A DNA stretch of 52,186 nucleotides, the filler included, from Catajapyx aquilonaris (lineage: Eukaryota), in assembly GCA_000934665.2 (NCBI GenBank). It is 2 parts of 2 records of this genome, joined end to end, with 100 filler letters (N's around TTAATTAATTAA, not from the genome) between each part and the next. Parts side by side here need not be neighbours in the genome. Positions count along the whole stretch, not along the records: positions 26,168 to 52,186 come from JYFJ02005267.1; 1 more part is not named here. The stretch is one strand, 5' to 3'. This document shows, in pieces, positions 35,614 through 47,100 of the stretch. The translations under genes and the position numbers were made by a program. Within the stretch, counting starts at the first letter, position 1, and every line of letters begins with the position of its first letter. Under the pieces are notes generated by a model that worked only from the letters and a program-made list of their open reading frames with translations, was not told the origin of the DNA and searched no databases.

Positions 35614-36993
35614 CATATACTGTGTGTTCTGAGTATTAGGACCACAAGAAAATGCTCCATGTCAAACTTTGTACAATTTTGTAACATTGAAAATTTGGAC
35701 TCTGAATTCATTCCATCTCAAATCAGATGATGATGATGGCATCCGACCATCTCGAATATTGTTTAAACAATTTATGGGTGTGCACACCTACGACCTAACA
35801 TGAAATGCCAAGTTTGAACCCTATGGCAATACCATGGGCAAAGGAACCATGCTGAAAATTGAGCTCACAGAGGCAAATCAGAAAAGGAAGCAAAGAAGGA
35901 TTCATTGTCTGCTTTAATGCAGCTCCAATGCCTGGATATTTGTCCTAGGAAGTCCAGTTGGAGAGCAGCTCCTACCCCATGCGACCTCTCTCCCCCTCTC
36001 CTTTCCTGTAGTTCCCTTTGTTCCCTCTGGTCAAGTCTGTAAGTTATGAGGGCATTTCCATGATGCATCCGTCCGTTCGTAACACAAGTTTTGCCTACGT
36101 GCACAAGTGTATTTTATTGTAACAATTCCAGGATGCATGCACTGCATGCTGAATCCATTTCATGCAATGTGTGTGTATTGTTACAATAAAATACGCTAGT
36201 ACATGTCAGCAAAACCTGCATGTCTGTGTTTTCATGGAAGTGCCCATGAGGAAAATGCCTGAGAGGGAGGGGACGGGTAGGAGTCCTTGGAAGGTTGCAT
36301 TCTGTGGATCATGCTGTGGATTAACAGCCTGTTCTCTGTGTTTGCTGGGTTCATGAGTTTTTCACCATGCTCTAACTATGAAGTTTTGAAGGTGGAATGT
36401 GCCTCACGTATGATGAAATCCATATACACTACTGCCCAATTTGATCCTTTACAAATTCATCTTAATTTTTAATGACCTTACCAAGTGTTAATAATAGACT
36501 GAGCCTTACACTAAGACCTGGCTGGACGAAAGTAAATTAGGGAAAATCTCTGATTATGTAATCCACAGTACATAATCCAACACAATCAGAAATTTTCTTC
36601 TTAATTTGCATTCACACAACCAGGCCTGAGTCCCCTAAGTGCATTATTTCTATTTTCTTCTGCAAATTTTTCACTTCTGAAAGAGGAATAAAGAGGAAAT
36701 GCAGAGACAATTCAAATTCCGTAATAGCCTTGTAAGTCACATGGATTTGATCCTGCAAGGTCTCCTTCAAGAGTGGACCCTAACTATCAATTTTAATTAC
36801 AGCAATTCAGACTTCTGGAGGTCCCTCAGCAGAGGAGCTTTTGAAGTTACTGGACCAATGTGACCTAAGCAATTCATACTGCTCCACTCCATGCATCTCT
36901 CCCTGTCCATCACTAGTTGGATCAGGTGCAAGGCTTAAAGCTGCCAATGTTGTCTTCCTGAACCAGTCTCAATTTGGAACAGAGCCTGATTAA
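28123..36993 (+). CDS. KCTD3: KCTD3/SHKBP1-family BTB-WD40 protein, 5'-partial; exons 28123-28608, 29447-29540, 30150-30346, 30499-30702, 32240-32356, 32426-32565, 33955-34141, 34656-34752, 34816-34997, 36803-36993
   Basis: Family motifs [109 protein letters not shown]; all splice phases consistent. BTB-coding exons are absent from the window. Confidence 0.95.
28828..29266. mobile_element. MITE with ~42-bp TIRs and an internal 28-bp tandem repeat
   Basis: AGCAGTTTTTGACGTGAATATGTC..GGATCAGTA vs TACTGATCC..GACGTATTCGCGTCAAAACCTGCT. Confidence 0.75.
30838..31120. mobile_element. piggyBac-like MITE
   Basis: TTAA on both sides; TIR CTCTGGAACC; subterminal IR TGGGGTCTTTTAGGACCCCA. Confidence 0.8.
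31313..32059 (-). mobile_element. Internally deleted Tc1/mariner (rosa/DD41D-like) transposon
   Basis: TA-flanked ~90-bp TIRs CAGGGTGTTCCAGAGTTGACGACTC; N-terminal HTH ([11 protein letters not shown]...FDETGSV) joined directly to the C-terminal [10 protein letters not shown] segment; catalytic core missing. Confidence 0.9.
32626..32879. mobile_element. MITE with ~36-bp TIRs
   Basis: GCTGGAAGGTGTTATGCAGTAACCATGTAACCCACAA and its reverse complement; TA flanks. Confidence 0.85.
33190..33842. mobile_element. Tc1/mariner foldback MITE (~240-bp arms) with a Harbinger-like MITE at its centre (~33441-33600)
   Basis: TA-CAG(G/T)GTGATTCTC termini; arms complementary to ~33430/33605. Confidence 0.9.
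34287..34394. repeat. Near-perfect ~108-bp hairpin (mini-MITE)
   Basis: TGTACTATATCGCyCAAAAAGATAGAGACGATT...AATCGTCTCTATCTTTTTGAGCGATATAGTACA. Confidence 0.9.
35183..35607 (+). mobile_element. tRNA-derived SINE (family B) with compound (ATG)(TTG)(ATT) tail
   Basis: A box TGGCGCTGCGG, B box GGTTCGATCCC; ~21-bp TSD ATTAATCATATrCTGTGTGTT. Confidence 0.9.
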
Positions 36994-39323
36994 GTTCACC
37001 ATCATTCAACCTCTACTTGCCATTTGTTTGGTGGGTTTGGATGCAGTAATGGTGGCTGGTGTGAAGTTTCTTTCTATGGACTCATAAGACAATGGCACTT
37101 CATTTTATTTATTTTTCTTTTGCTCAAGAGTAGATATTCACAAAATTTAAGTGGTGTATAATCCAGTGTGGACCTGTAGAGTAGATTTTCTGGAATACAG
37201 GTTTTAACCATTTTCTCACCTTCTCCTTGCCATCCATATGGATTCTCATAGCCCACAGATTATATTGCATATATGAATGTAATTTATTACTCATCACTTG
37301 TGGAGATTGGATAATGAATCTGAATACTGGAGCTGTGATATGAGTTGTTGTTGTCAGTAATTGATTTTCTTTGGCATTGATGTCAAGAGATATATATATT
37401 TTTGGGAAGCTGTATGTGGATGAATTACTGACTTTGTGGAAACAGTTATGCCATTTCTAGGCAGTCGTGTGTTGTTGAGTAACAAGAGTTTTTGAATGTT
37501 AGGAGCTAAGGAAGTTGCGCTCCAAAATATCATATTATCAGTATGTGTTAATTGTTAAGTGCTTGTGTTATAATTTCACCAATTAAAGTGGTATGATGGA
37601 TGTAAACTTGCATATTTGACATTAACAGGGACCACCCAGAGTATTATGCAATGCTTATGATTTTGTGTTCTGTTCTTTTCGTATTAATAATATATGTTAA
37701 CTTGGAGCATTAGCCATGCAGATTTGTCATTAAGTGCCAAATTGTTGCCCTAAAATATACTCCAACAGTAACATTTTGTAACAGCTACAAAATTAATTTT
37801 GGTCTATGCCAGCAGGGAAGGCCAGTGCATCTATTGTGAGCTCATTTCTTTCATGCAAGTGATGTATGGATGAATCAAAAAATAATAAAATATATGTCTC
37901 TTAAGTTTTTATTACCTTAACTATGTGTGATTATGCCATATTACTGCATATAAAGAAAAATGCTGGTGAAATTGGGCATGACCATATCACCATTCTGGTA
38001 CAAAGCAGGGTTTTGTCTATATTTTACACGCAAAACATTGGTCAGTGTTGACGAGTCATGCCTTTCTTGGTGTTCTCCTGTAAATCACTTGCCAACTTTC
38101 ACAATAAAAGGTGCCTGCGCCTCCATCCTCGTTGATCTATCATATTATGTAATCAGCTTGGTGGCAGGAACATTGTTATATTGTTGACTTCTTTACAAAA
38201 ATTAATGGTTATTTAGGTAGCATATTAATGTACGAAGTTTCGAATGTCTTTGCAAGCAATAATTTTAATTTAATAAGTTCATGAAATTGCCTATTTTTGT
38301 ACCAATGCTACCACAGCCCAGTCCAATCAAAGTTGGCCAATGTCAAGATTTGGATTTGTTTTCAAAGGTTGTCTGCACCATAAAAGGTAAAGATCATGCA
38401 TATTGATCACCTACGAGCAGTGCAAAATATTGAAACATTGCCTGTGAGGCAATAACTCGTATGGCCATTTCATCATGTCTAAAATTTGTACTGATTTTGT
38501 AGGGAAGGAGTAAATCTCAAAAATTACCCCAATAACCAGCTAGCTGGTTCCTTCAGGGTATACTGGCCCCTTGGTCAATCCCAATTTATACCAGCATGCC
38601 AGAGTATAAGCAGTAATATGGTAATAGTACCAAATGGAAATTTAAATGAATTATAAATGAGTCCAGTAACTCTTTCACTGGGAAAGATATGTACCGTAAT
38701 TAAAAATCAATTTTTCATTACTACCATTCCACCTGCATAATTTTCTCCGTGTCATGGTTGTTGTGTACTATTTGTTTTTGAAAGTATGATAACTTATCAG
38801 ATGAAAAGCAGGGAACAAGCTTTTAGCTGTAAATTCTTTAATATTAGCTCCACTATTAATTTTTAACAAACCAAATTGACCTGTCACAATTTCATTCCAC
38901 CCTTCCCTGAGGTGCTACTTTGTATGTAATTTTTTTTAAATATGTGGGTTGTAGGGAAGAGATCCTGACTGAGAAAAATATGCAGTATTGCAACACAGTA
39001 TTTCCAATATATGGTGCTAATACTGCTAACATCTCAATTTTTCCAAAGAGCAAAGATTACAAGGCAATATTTTTGGGTGGCAAATTGGCACAAAATTTAT
39101 ATGTAATATGAGCAGGTATAATCCAAAGTGCTGTATCTATGGTTTGAATTAATTGATGAATAGCCAAATAATGACGACAAGTTCATTTCAATTTGTAATG
39201 CCCTGACTTTCTCTTTTCAATCAGTTCTAAAAGTTTCAAAACTACTCAACAGAAAAATGGTTCTCCGTCAAAATGATTCAATCTGATTTATAGGTGACTG
39301 TTGACTGAACCTCCTCATGTACA

Positions 39324-39763
39324 GTACCAGCTGAACCACACACAGGCTTTGATCCATGGTCGTGAGCCCAACCCGATTGTAGAGGAACGGCTACTATTTC
39401 ATCGCACCTTCTCCGACAAAGTGCCAAGCATCTTGGCCAACAATTTCGATGTCAGGTTGAGCGGAGGTAACTGCGGGGCTACGTATGGGCAGGGTGTGTA
39501 CTTCTCATCAAGAGCAGAGTTAGCTACACAATACTGCCATCCTGGCGATGCCCCCCAAGTTGTGTTCTGCTGCCGAGTGCTATTCTGTCAGATCATACAA
39601 GGCAGCTGCAGGCAGCTGCGCCATGTGGCGACCACCGGCAGAGTTCACATCCGGACGGGAGGCCATAGCGGCTGTGGACAAACTGGACCAGCCACAAGTG
39701 TTTGTCAAGTTTTACGACCACATGTTCTATCCTGAGTATCTCGTCAAGCTTGTGCCTGTTTAA
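39324..39763 (+). pseudogene. PARP catalytic domain, mono-ADP-ribosyltransferase type (PARP7/12/14/15-like), frameshifted
   Basis: EERLLFHRT, NNFDVRLSG, ATYGQGVYFS, QY, VFCCRVL in ORF 39301-39735; AAVDKLDQPQVFVKFYDHMFYPEYLV* in a second frame (39548-39763); CAG acceptor at 39323. Confidence 0.85.
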
Positions 39764-39956
39764 TTAATCCAATTATTAGGTACTCCCAATGACAGTAGAA
39801 CCCTGATTATCCATCACCCACGGGTCGGATAACAGAAAAGGTCGGATAATAATCCGAGGAGTAAAATAACTTTATTGAAACACAACAAAAAACATGAAAT
39901 ACGTACAATATTGTGGCTTTCTAAGAAATAGTGGAGTACCAGTATTTATCTTTTAC

Positions 39957-40309
39957 GAGGTGCAGTCAAAAATTACTTGAGCATAATTTTTTTAGCCATT
40001 GCGCATGATATTTACATATTTGCATTTAAAGACAGAAGCAGTTTGGTGGAGTGGTTATAGGGTCCGACTGGTAATCGGGAGGTCCTGGGTTCGAGCCCCG
40101 GGGCCGGCAACTCTAACCGTGGTTTTCTGTGGTTTCCCATGGTCCCTCCAGGAGAATTCCGGGGTTGCTTCCTAATTAAAAAGGCCACAGCTGCCTCCTT
40201 CCTTCCCTATCCCATCCCAAAAAGCAAAAAGTAAACATGTAAGCATGAGTTCCAGACAAAACAAAAATCCCCCCCTAAAGAGCCGAAAAAGGCTGATAAT
40301 GGGGTAAGA

Positions 40310-40391
<82 letters not shown>

Positions 40392-40645
40392 TGCATTTAA
40401 AGGAACATGAAATCCAACCCATGTGGGATTTTTTGATATATGTTTCAAATTTCGCGCTGACCGGGTGTCTGTTTCGCAGCACCGACACTAGCATAATGGC
40501 AGACTTCAGCAAAGCCGATCAGCGTGTTGTGATGCTATTTCTTTTTCTGCAAGGGAAAAGTGCTCCTGTGATCCTCAAAGACATGCAGGCCATATGTGGG
40601 AACTCCGTCATGCCCTTACGGACGATCCAGTGGTGGGTGGAAACA
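39957..40645 (+). mobile_element. 5' fragment of a mariner element, interrupted by a SINE
   Basis: TA-CGAGGTGCAGTCAAAAA end; transposase HTH start MADFSKADQRVVMLFLFLQGKSAPVILKDMQAICGNSVMPLRTIQWWVE. Confidence 0.8.
40032..40387 (+). mobile_element. tRNA-derived SINE (family C), full length
   Basis: TGGTGGAGTGG A box, GGTTCGAGCCC B box, long (ATT)n tail, 15-bp TSD TATTTGCATTTAAAG. Confidence 0.9.
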
Positions 40646-40868
40646 TGTTGACTCACCGCCACCCAAAAAATATGAATATAACAAATGCTGACGGTCATAA
40701 CGACATAACTGTAAACAATATTTTAAAACATAATTCAATATGCCATACAAAGACACAATCATGCAATCGCAGCAAAACACTATGACATATATTTTAAAAG
40801 TGGTTCACAAAAGAAAAGAACTTGTGACACCCATGGAGGGCAGAATTTACATAAACAAACAGTAAAAC

Positions 40869-41160
40869 CTAGAACTGCCTCACTCCAGTAATGTGCTCGA
40901 TGAAGACATTGTGTGACCACCGCAGGCAGTCACTGGCACACAACTTCTTGAATAACATAAGGGATAAGGTATGATCTGCCACAGAGCCTTCTCATTACCT
41001 GATCATCATTGGCTGGGTCCCAGCTGCCCAAGGTCCCAACTGCAACAGCATCTATGGTGACCCTCCTGAAGTTGTGCCGATAATGGTCAGCAATGGCCGC
41101 GTACTTGACCTCCTTCAGCCTTTGGGCTTCTGCCAACGCCTCCGGACGGTTCTCAAATGG
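40869..41160 (-). mobile_element. NeSL/Utopia-clade non-LTR retrotransposon, restriction-like endonuclease C-terminus
   Basis: PFENRPEALAEAQRLKEVKYAAIA...AVAVGTLGSWDPAND...(frameshift) LFKKLCASDCLRWSHNVFIEHITGVRQF*. Confidence 0.85.
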
Positions 41161-41715
41161 CGTAGTCTGTTTCCTATTCCAAAGACCTGTTTGACTTGGG
41201 TGGCCCTACCAATAGACGAAGCTCGCTACCACCGGCGTAGCTCTGGGGTCGCAGGAGAATGCAAACCCCACCACCATGATAAGGTGAAGGCAGTCAAGAT
41301 GCCAATGGGGTGGGGGTGGGGGGCTTGAGAGTAGTAGTGCATATGATTAATGTGTGCAGTACCAGTCCACGACTGATAAGTTATATCATTTTGTCTCGCA
41401 GGATATATATATGAAGGTGTTGAACAAACAAAAGTAGGCAGTATTTCTGCCTATTGTGCTGAGGATGGTAAATATGAGATAATGCATTGTAGGTTGAACC
41501 ATTTAGTGGGGAGAGACTGTTTGTGATCATCATCAATGATCATAAACTGGATGAGCCATCTGATGAAAGTGGTTTGGGATAGGCCAGGTCTCCACTTGCC
41601 TGTGTGGGTAAATGTTTGTTAAGTATATTTGCAAAGTTTTGCACTCTAGCATTCAGATCTCTGATCATCAACAAACGATTATCAGTAAAACTTCTATAAG
41701 TCGACTCTCCATATA

Positions 41716-41901
41716 TGGTTTCCCATGGTCCTTCCAGGAAAATTCCGGAGTTGCTTCTGTAATTAATAGGCCACAGCCCCTTCCTTCTGTCCCTATCCTA
41801 TCCCAATGAGCACAGTAAAATGAAAGCAAAGAGTTCCAGCCAAAACAAACTTCCCCCCTAAAGAGCCGATGGCTGATAACGGGGTATGAATTATTATTAT
41901 T
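41716..41901 (+). mobile_element. 5'-truncated copy of SINE family C
   Basis: TGGTTTCCCATGGTCC...CCCCCCTAAAGAGCCGA...GGCTGATAA + ATT tail, matching 40130-40320. Confidence 0.85.
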
Positions 41902-43117
41902 AGTTTCAGAGAATCTTGAATAGCCAACATCAGCAAACTGCAAACTCTATAGCTAGCATAACAATGTACAAGAGTAGGCTACCTGCCTAACAAGTTATAA
42001 TAAGTCTCTTCTGAATCTCATTTAATTTTTTAATCCTTATCTAGAGCCATGAAGTAAAAAATTGTTAATTAAAGGGGGGCATTTGTCGCACCCCCCACAA
42101 AGATTTTAAGAGCGAGCAGCTCTTGGAGCGAGGTACTGCTGTACCGTACCATAGAAGGTCACATGTGCAATAATAACTAAAATATAAATATATATTGTGG
42201 TGAACTATTTATGGTTTATACAGGGTTTTAAAACCTCCCAAATTTACTTTCAAAACTGAGGTTAATGGTGGCACAGGTCATTTACTATCATTATAGGTAC
42301 AGTATGTAGTGCTGGTATATAATCAAACGAAATGTGTGTGTGTGAGTGTGGCTTTAAATGCGATTGTTACCTAGGCTCTGTTGCATTAGCTGGCAATTTG
42401 AAAACATGCATTATTGTATATGAAACATCATTATGAGAATTGGAGGGAAAACCCGTTGTTCTCACTGACGATTGGTCAGATTGGTCTAGTGCGCATCGCG
42501 ATGTGCAAGTGTTGTCCGCGCCTTTTCCAACCCATGTATAATTTAAGGTATGGCCACCTCATCCATTGACCACGAGGGAAATGGTTGGTACTATGTTGTA
42601 CCTTTTACAACATTATCTGAATTCTTAATCACACTATATGTCATCAATTCAATATTAAAAATAATGACCGACTTATTGTTTTTTATTGTCCCTCTTTTGC
42701 AAAGTTGGTAAAGAATGCTCATATTAGCTGGGTCTAAATATAACTGCTCTTTCAATAATTACAAAAGTAACGGCTATTTTAATAGCTCTTTAGTGCAGTG
42801 CAGTACAGTACGTACCGGTGCGTACAGTAAAGCGAGTACAGCAATGTGTCGTTTAAGAGACGGATATATGCCTAATATGGCTTTTCCAATGTTTCTGCGC
42901 ACCATCAGCGAAAAATTAGCGTCCGCGAGCTGTTTACGTTCAATAACACACTGTCCCTATCATTTGGAAATCCGTGCAAATCACATATCAAACCAGCTTA
43001 TTATTTTCTTCAATAGTGGTTGTTATGAGAAAGCCAACCATTATGACCAAGCCCGTTATGATTGGCCTGTATCTCCACTCGATCAATAAGGCAGAAGTAA
43101 ATATAGCGAGGAGATTA

Positions 43118-43381
43118 TCGCATACCCCGGCAATAACAGGGGCACAAGTCCAAAAAGTCAATTTCACAGGCGAGCACTTTGAGAGTTGTATAGTGTTGGT
43201 ATAGTGTTCTCATAAATCAGGTATTGATGCAGCATTCGAATAATCAGAATTATTAATTTTTAATTATTTTAAATCAGAATAATTATGCATTCTGAATGTG
43301 CACACGGTCATGGACCCTGCTCTAGTAATAAGTCAAAATCGTCATTGTTGGACTTGTGCCCCTGTTATTGCCGGGATGAGA
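43118..43381. mobile_element. MITE, inverted copy of 13145-13408
   Basis: Same TIR and interior. Confidence 0.9.
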
Positions 43382-43699
43382 TTTATATACACAGCATCAT
43401 GTAAGGGATGAAGCTCATTATATATTCCCTGCGGACTTTACATCTTGGTCGTGTCCAGTACAGCAAGTCACTGGCGAATCATGATTCCCTGCTTTAAGCT
43501 CAGGCTGAGGCAATTTAGATCCATTGTTGATTGAACTAGCAAATCAATCGTATCAAGAGCTCGTATCTCAGTGGCGCGCAGTACCGTTTGCAAATAGCTA
43601 TAACTTTCGACTTATAGCTAATATCATTTTCTAATAAATATTTGACGGGCCATGCCCACTCAGAAAATCATTCATGTAATTGGCCAGTACGGAATTCCT

Positions 43700-44132
43700 A
43701 AGTCTGTGATACGCTGTGAGTATTAATAATACCCGCCCACTTCATCGCGCACACATGCTGTCAGCTTGCAGCGTGTAAAACCTATGGCCTCAAAATGTCA
43801 CCCATCACGTGCTCAACCCTAGATTGTGCCAAACTCTCTCGATTTACATGGGCAAGCGGGACGGCTGTGTAGGAACAAGAACGGACTAGTGTGGCGAGGA
43901 AACGGGGGCGAGACGGCTGCAGCTCTCCCGCCTTCCTCCGTTTCCGTCATTTCTGGCGTCGTAACGTTCCAATACAGCGTGCACTAGTCACGCTGTCTGG
44001 TCAGTACTTCTCTGGCCAACGAGGACCCAACGACGGACGCTGTCTCCACATCAGGCCTTGTGCAAGAGACGACTAATCCGTGTGCTCTTGGTAGAGGAAG
44101 TAAGGGGAAAGGGCACGGGCAGAGTTACGACC
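43700..44132 (+). promoter_or_regulatory. CpG-rich putative promoter / 5' UTR of BAZ1A
   Basis: Local CpG enrichment directly upstream of the ATG versus CpG-poor gene bodies; GC-box-like CCCGCCC at ~43732. Confidence 0.5.
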
Positions 44133-47100
44133 ATGCCTCGGCTCAATCGTAAGCCCTTCCGGAGGGTCCTTCCTCCGTCGGACCTGGGTCCGGAAGAAAT
44201 GCTCTTTTACTGCAGACTGACCAGGGAGGCATATAGGACCTACGAGTGAGTATTAACATGGTTCACCCACATGGCACAAATGCCTGTCTTGCTTTGACCC
44301 TCTCGGCGGTGGTGGCGGGTGCTAGGCCTAGGGCTAGCTTGCTTTGTGGTCAATGATGGGGAAATGGACAGTAAACCAGCCACAACATTTTTTGAATTAC
44401 AGAGTGAAAGAGGTAGCTACATACAAGTCACTAGGATCAGGGAGCATTTGGTGTTGCCAAGGGGTCAGTGGTCAGTCTGGGCCAATGAGATGCTGTCATG
44501 TAATGCAATACATGCCTACCAGCACATCTTGTTCCCCATGTTCAAAGTGGTGGCTCTGAATTGGACCAGGGCAGTGGCATGATCACCTGAAAATGTTGCA
44601 TATTAATAAAAGCGGGCCAAACTGACACATATTCAGACCAGTTCTCAGAGTGCAAACACTTCTTCATTTATGTTTTATAACAATATTCAATGAGCCACGT
44701 GAAGACAACTCAGATTGTGTGGCAAATAATGCAGGTGTGTTTCTGCTTATACATTTTTGACTTCATACAGTCTGTTACATGTAGGCTTACAACGCATTTT
44801 ATGGGTAAAACTCTTTGTTGTCTGATGGAGTCAGTGGTGAAGTCCGCAGACATTTGCACAGTACTGGAAAAAAAAACTACCTTGTACCCCAGTGAGCAGT
44901 GACACTGCAGGCACAGGTGGAAGCATGTGCAAGTGGATTCATACACCTTCCACCCATTCCTGCTTACTTGGCACTGCTTGCAGAGGTACAAGTGCGTGTT
45001 TTTTTTACAGCACTTTACCTGCCTAATGGTCACTCCTACATTTTACTGGCATGCCACTCTATGTGTGAAAACGCAGATTTTAAGCTTACTGGTGATGGCT
45101 GAATGAGCAAGGTTTCTGTAAGCAGTATTCCTCTTGTGTTGGACTGCCCTGTGCAAGTCCTTTTGCAATCTCACATAGCATAGTTGCCCCTTCCACAGTT
45201 TATTCCAGCCCCCGGACACTTATACTACATTCTGGTGTTATCAGCTGCCAAGGCATTTTGCAGGGGGTGCTCACCTGAGAGCGCCATGAGACATCTCAGT
45301 CTCCGGATAAGTGGCGACCCTACCGGACTATAGGCTGAACTTTATAGGTACAAAAGAGAAGCGCTACATTGGGGGACCCAACATGGTCGCCGGTGGCCAT
45401 TTTGGGCCCGCATGTAGCCCTTCCCTTTTGTACCTATAAAGTTCAGCCTATTGTCCGGTAGGGTCGCCACTTATCCGGAGACTGAGATGTCTCATGGCGC
45501 TCTCAAGTGAGCACCTTCTGCAAAACGTGTCGGCAGGGGGTGGGTGGGAGTGTCCAGACCTTATCTTCTATGGCCGTGGTTTATTCAGACTACCACATCT
45601 TCCAGCTAGCAAAGAATCTAACATGACAATAAGAAAATCTGACATTCTAATCCCAAAATATGCTCAGCTTCACGTAAGTTTTCAGTACCAGTACATTTTG
45701 ATATGTGTATAAATACGGTATGCATATTGATTGATGGCTACCCCATACACGGACAAGACATGGTACGAAAGAAAGAGTGGATGAATATTGTGTAATTGGA
45801 TTGTGTGGAGGGGATAACTGAAAGGGAGTTATGTGTTGACAATATAATGTTATTCAACAGTCAACTCAAAGGATGTCATCTGGGATTGATTTTGCTGTGT
45901 GATGGGATAATTTTTATTGGAAGTTTTCCCAATGATAATATATGAAAAAGTGAAACTCATATATTAAATATCTGTCTTCTAAGTAGTGTAAAGCTGGGCA
46001 CGAAAGTTGAGAATTTATCTTCTTTTTTTTGTTGCATGAAATGGCCACAGGTATGGGACTTGGAATCTTCTAGAATTGCTAGTTTAATTAATTTATAATT
46101 CAGGAACTACTTTTGCACATGTAAACAAACCCATATTACTTTTAAAGTGGTTTGGAGATATTACCACATTGTTCAACCAACATTGATTTAATATAAGTTT
46201 AAGCATGAGAACCAGAAGTTGTTAAGTCCATTTTTGCCATTTTTCAGGGGAGCAGTTTGAAAGTTTCAAATAATGTTTGACATACCTTTCATTGACATTA
46301 AAGTCTCGCTAATTTTTCTGTGATATCACTACGATTGTATGGTAATGTAATGTAAAAATGGAGTATCTAGTACCTACACTGCAGGAGAAAAAAAAATAAT
46401 TTCTGTCTTGGACTGAGCAACTTCTGGCTTGTAGAAATTTTGATTTTAATTTTTTAGCCACTTAAATGAGGAAATGCAGGGAAGTAATATCTCCTAAATT
46501 AATTTTAGTTCTTTTATTAGGCCTGAATGGGATGACAATAATTCTAAATACGTTTTTATGAAGGCTCTTTTTGGACTTATCAACATCTGGCACGAATTTT
46601 CTCTTCAGTGCTAAGAGTATCCCGGTCTGAACAGGGGACTAGTAATCATCTGGCAGGGATAAAACATTTTTCTATGAACATATGCCTGATCTGCCGTCAG
46701 ATGTAAGAAGACCATAACTCAAAAACTAGTAAGGGTGAAAGTCGCATGGATGTCCTGCACTAATCCCCCCTGACTCAGAGAGGATTAGTGCAGGCCATGC
46801 ATGCCACTTTCACCCTTACTAGTTTTTGAGTTACAGTCTCCTTAGATCGGACAGCAGTGTTAGAGGCCTAGAATTTGCCCTTATCTCAAAATCGCCAAAA
46901 ATGGACTTAGCAACTTCTGGTTCTCGCTGCTTCAATTGTCTTAAAAAATCACAGTATAATGTGTAATATAAATGCAAGGTTGCTAGCACATTCAGTGGCC
47001 ATTTCAAATCCAAAAAAATTGCAAATTATAAACTTTTTGGCCCAGGTTTTCACTACACAAACAACAGATTACGAAAAACTTGAGTTTCACTTTTTCATCT

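Noticed and set aside
35515..35730. Poly-Met/Val/Ile membrane peptide (also 40172-40396)
   Set aside because: Translation of SINE microsatellite tails.
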